64,000 nucleotides of DNA, from the NCBI RefSeq assembly GCF_009914755.1, contig NC_060931.1; one strand, 5' to 3'. The notes under the pieces were generated by a model. That model saw only the letters and a program-made list of their open reading frames with translations, was not told where the DNA came from and did no database searches. This DNA comes from the human T2T-CHM13v2.0 reference genome, Homo sapiens. Position numbers and translations under genes: made by a program. Within the stretch, counting starts at the first letter, position 1, and every line of letters begins with the position of its first letter. Of this stretch, positions 40,035 to 50,862 are shown in pieces.

Positions 40035-40178
40035 TTTTTTCACCTTTTTAGATCACAGACACCTTTGGTAATCCAATGAAAACTGTAAGTCACTGCAGAA
40101 ACTCTCAAATACAGCCAGCATTGCTAATGTAGTCAGAAAGTTTATAGAATTCCTGAAGTACAGTTGTGAATAACCCTA
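40035..40178. mobile_element. hAT-Charlie MITE (MER103/MER117-like)
   Basis: ACCTTTTTAGATCACAGACACCTTTGGTAATCCAATGAAAACTGTA...CCTGAAG...AATAACCCT; diverged. Confidence 0.5.
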
Positions 40179-40204
40179 TTTTTATAATATTCAGACATTT
40201 TAAA

Positions 40205-40280
40205 ATTCAATGAATATTTATTGTCTACCATGCATTCACCACTGTTCTAGGTACCAGGAATATAGCAGTGAACAAAGGAA
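40205..40280 (-). mobile_element. L2 3' end fragment
   Basis: ATTCAATGAATATTTATTG...CACTGTTCTAGGTACCAGGAATATAGCAGTGAACAAA. Confidence 0.7.
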
Positions 40281-40694
40281 CCATGTATTTTTAATTACAT
40301 GTTAACAATGGTTAAAAATCTCCTGAGTAGAAACTCAGGTAATTCTCTTTTTCTTTCTTTTTTATCTTGCTTTCTCATTTTTCTGAACCAAACATGCATT
40401 ACTTGTATTAGAGAAACATAATAAAAGAAACAAAATTCATGGTTCATTTCTGAGAATAATGCACAATGACAAATGCTCCTTTGAAAACAGTAGTGATTTG
40501 AAATGAATTTGTATCTTATTACTCATGATAATACAGAGGTATTCTGATAAATAAAGATACTGGTATGTGATGGACATGTTATTTAGTCTAAAGCTATGAT
40601 TGCTTGTAGTGCCTATGGGTAGATGCCTCACAGTAATTAAGGCCTCCTGGGAATCGAATGTTCCTATTATAGATTAAGAATGGTTCCTCTAAAC

Positions 40695-40903
40695 CAAGGC
40701 TTGGCAAACTTGAACTACAGACCAAATCCTGTTTTTATAAATAGTTTTATTGGAACACAACGATGCCCCTTCATTTACATATTGTCTATGGCTGTTTTTG
40801 TACTACAAAAGCAGTGTTGAGTAGTTATGACAGAGATGGTTTGGCCCACAAAGCCTGAAATGCTTACTAGCTAATCCTTTATAGAAAAGTTTGCTGATCC
40901 CCA
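40695..40903 (+). mobile_element. MER58A (hAT-Charlie)
   Basis: TTGGCAAACT...GTTTTTATAAATAGTTTTATTGGAACAC...CATTTACATATTGTCTATGGCTG...TGGCCCACAAAGCCTGAAA...AGAAAAGTTTGCTGATCCCC. Confidence 0.9.
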
Positions 40904-40911
40904 TTCTAGAC

Positions 40912-41126
40912 TTGTGCTGTCCAATAGCACCTTCTGCAACAATGCAAATCTTCTCTATATGTTCTCTATATGTGTTGTCCGATATGGTAGCCACTAACTA
41001 CATGTATCTACTGAGCCCTTGATATTTGGTTAGTGGGATGAGGAACTGACTTTTGAATTTAATTTAACTCACATTTAAAAATAAATAGCCATGTGTTGTT
41101 GGTGACTACTGTATTGAGCCATGCAA
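40912..41126 (+). mobile_element. MER3 (hAT-Charlie)
   Basis: GTGCTGTCCAATAG.ACCTTCTGCAACAATG.AAAT...GTCCGATATGGTAGCCACTA..ACATGT...GAGGAACTGA.TTTT...AAATAGCCA. Confidence 0.88.
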
Positions 41127-41419
41127 CTCTAGATCAAACCATGAAATTCTTTCCATATGTCTCCCCGAGCCCTATTTTCTGTGCCATTGTTCAAGCTGAG
41201 TGCTATTCTCTTGGTTCTCCCCAGGCTCTCTAGACTAAAATGTTTTTCTTTTAAACGTCTTTTACTATTCCTAAATTGGGTAGACGGTGGCCTCTTTGCA
41301 TGATGTATAGAGTTTATGAAGTTTTCTGCCCAGAAAAATCCCATAATGGGAAAGACAGATTTGCCAGAGGAAAATGTCAAATATTGGGCAGAGAGTGTAG
41401 AAAGAGCTCAAATCTGTTT

Positions 41420-41687
41420 TTAAAAAAATTAATAAACTTATTTTTCTGGAGCAGTTTTAGTTTCACAGCAAAACTGAGCAGAAGGAACAGAGGGTTCCCA
41501 TATATTCCTTGTTCCCACACATGCGCAACCTCCCCCACTATCAACATTCCCCATTAGAGTGGTACATTTGTTATAATAGATGAGCCTACATTGGAACATT
41601 ATTATCACTCAAAGTCTATAGTTTATATTTGGGTTCACTTTTGATGTTATAGATTTCATGAATTTTGACAACTATATAAAAACATGT
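41420..41687 (-). mobile_element. L1MC1-like 3' end
   Basis: GAGCAGTTTTAGTTTCACAGCAAAACTGAGCAGAAGG.ACAGAG..TTCCCATATA...CCCCCACTATCAACATTCC...GAGTGGTACATTTGTTA. TSD-like TCAAATC..TTTT on both sides. Confidence 0.88.
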
Positions 41688-41721
41688 TCAAATCCCTTTT
41701 TGGGGCATAAGAAGGACAAGA

Positions 41722-41895
41722 TGTATGCTTGGTTTCTATGTGTCCCAGAAAGTTTATGTGTTGGAAACTTGATCCCACTGAGGACATGTTGGGAGGTAGG
41801 ACTTTCAAGAGGTGTTTAGGTCATAAAGGCTCTGTTCTTTTGAATGAATTAATGTCATTATTGTGGGTTCCCTATAAAAGGATGAGTTTAGCCAC
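41722..41895 (+). mobile_element. MST-family MaLR LTR, 5' fragment
   Basis: TGTGTCCCAGAAAGTTTATGTGTTGGAAACTTGATCCC...GGGAGGTAGG..TTCAAGAGGTGTTTAGGTCAT..GGCTCTG...TATAAAAGGATGAGTTT. Confidence 0.8.
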
Positions 41896-42974
41896 TGCAC
41901 CAAGCCACAGTTGTGTTTTTAATAGAAGATATTCTATTAAAGTTGCATTATAGTTGAAAACAACTTCTAAACCAGCACCACATCCATATAGAGTGTGTGT
42001 AATTCAGCATGAACACTAAGTGTAAGTCAGTAACACGTTGGAGAGGCACCAAGCTGAGCTCTCTCTGCCTGGCTTCCTCATGCATTCCAGGCACAGACCC
42101 TGAGTACTGGCTAGCACTGGGAGTATTTAGCCAGCTTGAGAAGTGGAGCAGTGAATCTTTCAAGGATCTTAACTGGACCTGGTATCATTCATAAGTGCAT
42201 CACAAGATCTTCACTTGCATACTCAATTCTGTTTCCCAGATGGAGAAGATAGGGGTAAGGTTGGCTCCTGAGGGAGAATGTATCTATTTTCCTTTCTGGT
42301 CATCACATTTCTTCTGGAGGCACAGACCCCGTTATTGTGACTGGAATGACGGAGAGGAATGCCAGCTGGAGTTTCTGTCCAAACTTCACACAGTGGTATG
42401 TTCTATCCAATACCTTTTTTAATGGGGGAATAAGAGAAGGAACTGTGAGACACAGTATCTTCTGATAGGAAGAGAAATAAATAGGCTTCTCCCCACCCTC
42501 AATCCTTTCTTTTACCTCTGGAGGAGGCTAGAGACTCAGGGAGGGAGTTCCAAGCCTAAAAAAGTCACTTTGATGTGGTTGGAAGAGCTCTTGCCTAAGA
42601 GATGAGACAGCTGGGCCACTGAAAGTGTAACTGGGTCACTCAGGGTCTCTGGGTCTAACCCAGGAACAGAAGGGGAGGAGTATCTGAGTCCCTGTGAGTC
42701 CTCGCACTGGTTTGTAACCTTCTCTCTCTTCACCCTGTGCCATATCCTTCTGCAACACTTGGCATGAAGCTTTCCTTCTGCTCAGAAGACGTTGAAGCTG
42801 TTGTCACAAATCTTCTCTGACATGGGCCAAGGAGGCTGGCCAGTGTCATCTACCATTCCCAGGTTAAATGACCTAGGCCAAAGGTGCCTTTCATTTTCTT
42901 TTCCTATAATGAATCTTAGGCTTGTTGACTTGCAAAGGGCTTTGAAAACAGCTAGTATAAGATCAGCTATACTT

Positions 42975-43090
42975 CCAGCTCCTTTTTCTACAGGTGAGGC
43001 TCAGAGAGTTTCTGTGAATAGCTCAAGGTGACTTAGGTAATTAATTAATGGTGAGAATCAGGTCTTATGACTTTCAGATCATTTTGATAT
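42975..43090 (-). mobile_element. MIR core fragment
   Basis: TTTTCTACAGGTGAGGCTCAGAGAG...GCTCAAGGTGAC...CAGGTCTTATGACT. Confidence 0.65.
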
Positions 43091-43874
43091 GCTGTGCTTC
43101 CTTCCTGATTGGCCTTCTTTATAAATTAACATGTCCCCCCCAGTCTATAATGTCTTTAGATCAATTGCCCTTAGGTGTTCTTGGAATCAACCCTGAAACC
43201 TTGGAATGGGAGGCAGGGTACTTGAGGCATTGATTCTGGATATCCTAAAATTCCCTGAGGGGCACATCTGTTACTTCCCTCCAGCGTCCAACCTGAGATA
43301 TCTGGCAAGAGATACCATGAAGTTTTGTTAAAACATTACATGATGAAATGAGTGGAGTAATGCCACCCCTCAAACTCTTCCCACCCCCTACCTGGGGTGT
43401 GGATTTGTAAAAGTGTCTGTCTGGGCAGCGTCCTGGGCACCCTCCTCATACAAGACAAGAGGAAGAAAGCTGGGGCTCTGGCTATCTGGCCATCACGGTT
43501 GCCATTCTCATTATTCTTTCCCATGACTGGGTAACAGATTCTGCAAGGCAGCGTACAGCCTCTTGAACCACCGTATCAAATCATCATCCTTTTGTCCCGA
43601 GGCTTATCAGGTCAGCAGAGTTGCCTTTTATTCCTCTTCCACAGGATAAAGCTTTTCTGTCATTGCAACATATTCAGGTAAAGTCATTTGTTCTTGGTGT
43701 TTTTGTTCAAAAGAATGGAAAAACTAGTTGTACTGAATGGCTAGCACATTGACCATCCTACAGAACATTTTATAATAGCCACTGCAGATGTGTTGGGGGA
43801 AGAAAATCAACCTGTGTTCCAGAAACACTTACCCAGCATCCCTTTACTCAAGTTACACAGTCTGTTCTGCCCTG

Positions 43875-45830
43875 TTAATTAAACAAGTATCAAGTGACCT
43901 GCTATTATCAGGGAACTGATAAAGGGACAGAAAATAAAATAGGAGATGTGATCCCAGCTCATAAAGAGCTAAAAACAATCTGGCTGGGGACATGACACTC
44001 ACACAAAGAGGGGAACTCATCAGGAAGTATTCTAATGACAGGTTAACGAACGTGGTGGACACAGAATCAATGGTAGCTGAATGTGCTCACCAAGGCCTGT
44101 GGCCAGGAGATACACTAGGACTGTCACTGCATGGTGAAGATGGCCATGGTAACCCTGAGAAATTTAATCTTCACCCTGAGGGCAGTAGGATCCTATTGAA
44201 GGGCTTTTTTTTTTGGTTGAAAGTTTATTTTAATTATTTAATTTGATATAAACTTCTGGGATACATATGCAGGATGTGCAGATTTGTTACATAGGTAAAC
44301 ATGTTCTATGATGGTTTGCTATACCTGTCAACCCATCACCTAGGTATTAAGCCCCACAGGCATAAGCTGTTAATATTGATCCTGACACTCTCCCTCCCCA
44401 TGTACTCCCAACAGGTCCCAGTGTGTGTTGTTCTCCTCCCTGTGTCCATGTGTTCTCATTGTTCAGCTCCCACTTATAAGTGAGAACATATGGTGTTTGG
44501 TTTTCTGTTCCTGTGTTAATTTACCGAGGATAATGACTTCCGGCTCCATCCATGTTCCTGCAAAGGACATGATCTCATTCCTTTTTATGGCTGTATAGTA
44601 TTCCATGGTGTATATGTAGCATATTTTCTTTATCCAGTCTATATTGAAGGGCTTTTAATTGGAGGGTAATGTGATTAGATTTCTCACTTAGAGAGAAAAC
44701 ACTACCTGCTGGTTGGAGAATAATATGGGAGGATGTGGATGGTCTTGACACAGAATCAGAGAAGATGGAAGTGAAAGGTAGATCAGTAGAAACTGATGGA
44801 TTTGAGGGAAACTCTTCAGTGGGAAGCCACTGGGAGGCTTTGCAAAGAAGAATGATGTGATCCAACTTGTACTTTTAACAGGATCACTCTGGCTTCTGTG
44901 TTGAACATATATGTTTCGCTGGAGGTGAGAAGAGGGCAGTAACAGAGAGACCAGTGATTGTAATAATCTAGGCAAGGGATGACGGGCTTTGACCAGGAAG
45001 GTAGCAGTGGAGGTCATGAGAGGTAGTCAAATTCTGCCTTTAATTTGAAGGTTGAGCCAACAGGCTTTGCTCATAGACTAGGTGTGAGAGAAAGAAAAGT
45101 CAAGCATGCCTCCAAGCCTTTTTTGGTCTTAGCAGCTGCAAGTTGGAATTGCCATCAACTGAGATTGAGAGGAAAGCAGGAAGGGTTGGATTTATAGGGG
45201 AAGTGCTGGGTGTTGACATTTGGCGTGCCTATTGGCTATTCTAGTGGAGCTATTAAGTAGGCAAGTGGACTACAAGTCTTGAGTTCAATGTGAGATGGGG
45301 ACTGGAGACATAAATTTGGGAGTCTTTGGCATGCAGATGGTCTCTAAGGCCATAGAATAGATGATAACACCAAGGGAGTAAATGTAAGTAGAAAAGAAAA
45401 GTATTGGACTGAATCCTGGGCACTTGAAAGTTAAGACGCAAAGGTGATCAGGGACGAGCAGCAAAGTAGATGGAAAATCTGTGGTCTGTGAGTTGTTGGA
45501 AAACCTGGTGGTGTGATGCTTAGAAGCTGTGTGGATAAAGCCTTTTGAGGGGAGGAAATGAGGAAATGCAACAGTTGCTATTGGTGGGTTAAGAAAAAAG
45601 AGGACCGATGAGCTTCCCTTGGAATTAGCAGCATGAAGTGCAATGGTGAGCTTGATAAGAAGAGTTTAGGGGAAGTAGAGGAAGCAAAAATGTAATTGTA
45701 CTGGTTTCAGAGAAAAATGGGAGACAAAAAATTGGATATAATGACCACACATATCTCTTGTGAAGAGCCTTGCTGCAAGGGAAAGGAAGGAAATGGGGAG
45801 GGGTAGTTGGAAGTGGAAGTGGGGTAAAGG
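43875..45830 (-). mobile_element. L2 remnants (at least two pieces) interrupted by an L1PA
   Basis: GGGAAGCCACTGGGAGGCTTTG..GAATGATGTGATCCAACTT..TTTTAACAGGATCACTCTGGCT, GGGGACTGGAGACATAAATTTGGGAGTC, and other reverse L2 hallmarks. Confidence 0.85.
44209..44641 (-). mobile_element. 5'-truncated older L1PA 3' end
   Basis: Reverse L1PA 3' UTR and ORF2 tail. Perfect 15-bp TSD TATTGAAGGGCTTTT at 44194-44208 and 44642-44656. Confidence 0.95.
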
Positions 45831-47810
45831 AATTTGCTGGTATTTGATGACAGTTTCAGTGGCTGATGCAGTGAGCCTGATGGAGGGCAAGTGTCTATCT
45901 GCTGAACCTTCAGAAAGGGTGAGGGCTTTGGGCCAGTGATTGCATGGCTCCAGGGCCAGGGGCAGACCTTGGGGTTTTCTTCCTGGTCTCTTTGTAACTC
46001 TCTTTGTGTCTGTACCCATTTCAGTGTTCTAACCCATTTGTCTTTTTATTCAGAATCTCCTATGTCTCCCTTTGGAACATTGCCTCCTGAGGCTGTGTCC
46101 TCTGGATTGGTTTTCCCCTGTGTTCTCAGGACACTTACCTGTACCCCTCCAGTGAGTGAGGAGATGACCTCCTGGTTGTGACTGTCCATCTTCACAGCTC
46201 TGACCTTCACATCTGTCATTCGAAGTCAGTCTAACTGAACTCATGGTTCTGAATTGTCTTGTGTTGCTGCCCAAGAGCCAAGACCCTCTTCCAAACTTTC
46301 ATGCATAGTTTTGTTCATTAATATATAAAGCAGGTGCCAGTTATTCAGATTCACATTCCAAATATTTTTAACTCTCATTCTTTTAATTACATACATTATA
46401 TTGCCAGAAAATTAGAATATACTTATAAACAAAAGGAAAATAAGCCTCCGTCGGCTCACTACCCTCAACTGGCTGCTGTTAACATCATATGGTTCATAGA
46501 TGTACTGATACACCTAAAAAGAAACATGCTCCGTTGAAGAATTCTGTTCATTCAGACCAATCAGCAGCCAACACGATTTCTGCAACCCATGACCCCATTC
46601 TTCCATGAGCTTTTACTTTTTTTTCCTCTGTACACAACTCCCTTCATCGTCCATTCCTCTAGCTCCCTCATCATGTGAATGTCACGGGAATGTCTGTGAA
46701 GGTTTTCAAGCATCTCTTCCAGATATTGTTTTCACATTATACAAAACAACAGTATGTGCATATGGGAGGAGGGTAACAGTTGAGTTTGCCCAGAAAATAG
46801 AGGCATGAAATGCAGATCAGTTTGTTTCCTGCCTGCAACTCTATTTCTCTGCACCAAAATATATCTATTGCCCATCTCACCTGGAATATGCAAAATGTGT
46901 CAGGTTTCTTTAGTGTTTCCCCACCTTGTAGTGAGTGTTGCAAATTAAATTCCAGACTCACCAGCCTGTGCTTCATTCATTGTTTTGGGAACTGACATAT
47001 TTTGGTGCTTTGCTGTTCATTTCCTGCTTGCTGGATGGCATAGTTTTAGTAGGTTGCAGGGATCTCCTTTTGCTCACACCAAGAGCGCTTAGCGGAAGAG
47101 TTGGCCCATCCATTTGGAATCCACCATTTTGAGAAATTTTCAAGTTTATCATTATATCCTCTCTACCCAGCCCCTTCCTTGTTCCTAGAGGTCAGCAGCC
47201 CCTAGGGGTGGCCCAGAATTAACATCTACTTCTTCCAGATCTCAATGACATCTCAGTGAAATAGCCAGCTCTCAAATTCTATGGTGTTGAAAACAGCGTT
47301 AGACATAAACGTTGATAAAGCTTGATCACGCGTTAGTTGGTAGGCCTTGGCCAGTCTGGGACTACTCACAATTCATGTAGGTATGGAGGTTTCCATTTTC
47401 TACCCTCTTCACTTCCCCAGCATCAGCCCTTTGTCACAGCCAAGCACAGCTACTTTGAATTAATAATTCCCTTTCTGGTTTCAGCAATCTCTTATTTGGC
47501 TTTTCTGCCTATGAAACCAAATGCTCCCACACAATCATTAGCAAGTGTGGGAATTGTTGTTAGGAGCTGAATATTTATTGTACACCCACAAATTTTTAGG
47601 TGCCATGCAGAATATGATTGCCCAGGATTGCTTTTGTCTAAGATGCCAGAGGAAGTTAATTAGCATTTGAGAGAAATGCCTGCATTGCAAAATGGCCTCC
47701 TGACCATTGTGGCAGTACAGGAGGGGTGCTGGAGGAGCAGCAGCACAGACCAGAATGGGCCAGAGCTGACCCAGACTCTGTCCATGGTGCTGAGTAGAAG
47801 TCCTCTAAGG

Positions 47811-48131
47811 CAGCAGTCCCCAACCTTTTTGGCATCAGGAACTGGTTTCATGGAAGATAATTTTTCCGTGGACTGGGGTGGAGGGCGGAGAATGGTTTCA
47901 GGATGAAACTGTTCCACCTCAGATCATCAGGTATTAGTTAGAGTTTCTAAAGGAGCGCGCAATCTAGATCCCTTCCATGTGCGGTTCACAATAGGGTTTG
48001 CGCTCCTATGAGAATCTAATGGCGCAGCTGATCTGACAGGAGGTAGAGCTCTGGCGGTAATGCTCACTCACCTGCCCACCTGCAGCTCACCTTCTGCTGT
48101 GGGGCCCGCTTCCTAACAGGGGGAACCCCTG
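47811..48131 (+). mobile_element. MER1B (hAT-Charlie), small 3' deletion
   Basis: CAGCAGTCCCCAACCTTTTTGGCA.CAGG.ACTGGTTTCATGGAAGA...GATGAAACTGTTCCACCTCAGATCATCAGG...GGGAACCCCTG. Perfect 8-bp TSD CTCTAAGG at 47803-47810 and 48132-48139. Confidence 0.93.
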
Positions 48132-48324
48132 CTCTAAGGGCCCAGGAAGAGGAGGGTTGGAAGAGAAGCCAAACCTAGGGGGAAGAGGCTGAAAGAGTTG
48201 AGGAAGCCAGTCTCCAAAACTGTCTGGTATTTGTTCGTCTTCACTCCACACAACCCTGGGATAGAAACCAGTATTGATTTCTGGAGCTTCTCTGGAAATG
48301 TGTGGCACTTGCTCAGGATGGGCT

Positions 48325-48565
48325 TGAGATGCAGTATAGGGTTTTGGTCAGACCGATGTGTGTTCGAGTCCTGTCTCAGCAATTCATGAGTAGGTGTCCT
48401 TGGGTAAGTTACATAATGTATGTGGGCCTCTGTTATCTCATCTGAAAAATGGGCATAATAACATCTCCATGCAGGTTTATTTTGCAGCTTAGAAATGAAG
48501 TATATTGTGAGTCTGGTACTACGTTTGTCTCATAGAACGTAGTCATCACATGCTAGCTATTATTA
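48325..48565 (+). mobile_element. MIR
   Basis: GTTCGAGTCCTG...CCTTGGGTAAGTTACATAA...GCCTCTGTTATCTCATCTGAAAAATGGGCATAATAA...AGCTATTATT. Confidence 0.88.
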
Positions 48566-50544
48566 ATGGCTGTTGTGGCCAGTTCCTATTGCACACTTGC
48601 AGTCATGTATCTGCAGGGACCTGAAGAAGATGAATCCTGGGCCAGCTACCCTAGGCAGAGTCCCAGAGAAGATACACAACCAAGTTCCTTGGGAACAGGG
48701 GGGAAAAGCTGTCTGTATTTGAGCATGCAAAGATCTATTGAAGGGGGTAGGTGAAGAAAGCCCCACATAGTGGTCACCATCCCATAGACCCTCATCCTCC
48801 TCCTCTTTGCAAATCAAGAGTGAAAAGCCTGGGAAATGTGTGTAGCTGGCATTCTGAGCCATGTGTATGCCATGTCCTATAGAAGGAGAGCACTTGATCC
48901 AGGTAATTAAAAGTGTCAGCTCCTTATCCAGGAGAGGGTTCTATTAAATTATGTACAGTAAATATTTTTGCAAGTTGGAACTCTGAAGAAGACTTATTGA
49001 TCTGTGGCAAGCTGCCAGGCAGCTGGTAAAGATTTGGAAAACGGTTCTCAATCCAGGGCAGGTCCTAGGAGAAGTGGGGAGAAAAACCAGTCTGGAGGAT
49101 CTTTTGTTTCACCTTTATCTTTTCCTCCCTCGAGGGGCCTGCAGTTTCTCCTGGGGCTGCCAAATCAATAGCAGACAATGATATAAACAGCTTGGTTAGT
49201 GCAGCCTCCATGGTTCTGATACAAGCCACAGCACAGTTGCTCAGGTGGGGCAGCCTGGATGGAGTCCTGGATAAGGAGGGAAATTAATGTCAGGAGACCG
49301 AGAGAGTCTGGCCCAGCAGAAGGAACAAGCAGCACTGTTAGGAGATGGGCAGAGGGGATGAAGCTACCTGGACCCTCAGCTCAGCTTTCTCCTCCAAGAG
49401 AGTTCCTGACCTACGCACTGAGGTCAACCCTCTTCTCCTGCCACCAGGGTCCCTATCTGTCTCTCTTCCTCTCTTCTGCCTCAGCACTTGGTGCTGGCAC
49501 TCTGCTCCCAGAGGGCGCTCTGGAAATGACGCTGCTTTAGAAGTTGGGTCTTGAGAACAGATGGGAAGTGAAGCTGGGTTTGACCAGATCTCTCCTCATA
49601 GTCTTGGTTCTGGACAATTGGACAGGCACCCTGTGCAGGAGCCCAAGGCAACAGCTGAGAGGACCACCCAAATTCCCCCAGCTCATGAGAAGTTTTCATG
49701 AGAAGCTCATGAAAACAGTAACAGTACAGTGCACAGTTTGGGATTACTATTTTCCCCCCTTTAAACTTCTCATTGCCTCACCTCTCCCCCATTAGCGCAA
49801 TTTGATGGGATCTTGTTGGCATCACAGATGTGTTCATAGCAAAGATCTGTGGTCACCTCTGTTGGGTCAGGTTGGCATTCCAGGTGAGAAATTCGGGTGA
49901 TGTTAGAGGGAAGGCTGGGGAGATGGTGTGTGTGTGTCCTAGGTAGTTCTGAGGCCATGTTCTTTTTTCCTAAATCTGGAGAAACTTGCTAATTTTTCCC
50001 CAAGTGTCTCTGGGAAAAGGAAGCCGGGCTCTATGCGTGAAGTTGAGCTCTCTGCAGGGAGCCATTACTTTGTTGTTTAAAGAAGGCTTTATGCTTCACA
50101 GCTTTAGATCATTTCACATGATGAAACACCGTCTCACTACTGACAATTGTAATTTAAAATGTTTGACAGTCTTTTCAACTGAGAAAGAGTAATCGTCACT
50201 TGCCACGGGCAGACTTGGAGAGTCGCTGTTACGTGCCAACTGGAAGAATCTCGCTGGCCCCGCCCTGGTCATCCTGGGCTACACGACTTTATTTGCTGCT
50301 CTTCCTCATCCTGACTCTTTTTACCCACCCTGGCCACTCTGTACTTCCAGGCTTCTCTACTCCTGCCCACGTGTAAACTGCATTCTGGTCCTAACTCCCT
50401 GGCCTCCTGCCTGTCTGCCTCCATTTCCTCATCTATTAAACTCTAGGTGTCTACATCCCTGCCCGCCTCTTTCACTGTAGGACCAGGCGTGGGAAATGCT
50501 GAGCTTTTCAGAGATCAGTCAGGAGGAGAATGTTTGTTAAATGA

Positions 50545-50735
50545 CAGAATCCTGGTTGTGCCACTGTCCACTGCATGGCCTTGGTCATTCACTTCACTAC
50601 TGTAGGTCTCTAATTTCTCATCTGTAAAATAAAACTAGTAACACCTACCTGTTTGGGCTGTTGTGACTTGTAGAACCAATGTTGTAAAGTTCCTAACACA
50701 AGGATTGGCTCAGTTAATCTTAGTTTTATCATAAG
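50545..50735 (+). mobile_element. MIR
   Basis: GAATCCTGG..TGCCACT...CCTTGG...TTTCTCATCTGTAAAAT...AACACCTACC...TGTAAAGTTCCTAACACA. Confidence 0.8.
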
Positions 50736-50862
50736 GATGATATCAATAGGACGCTATGTTTCAAAAATAATATAATTATATAAATGCATAGTTATACTGC
50801 TCATACACTATTGTCCAATGAACTACACATTATATAACTCTTACTACCATCACTTCTAGCAT

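Noticed and set aside
46128-46145. Perfect - strand donor (CAG|GTAAGT), with a similar one at ~62271
   Set aside because: I could not pair either with a good acceptor at a plausible distance or with a recognisable coding frame.
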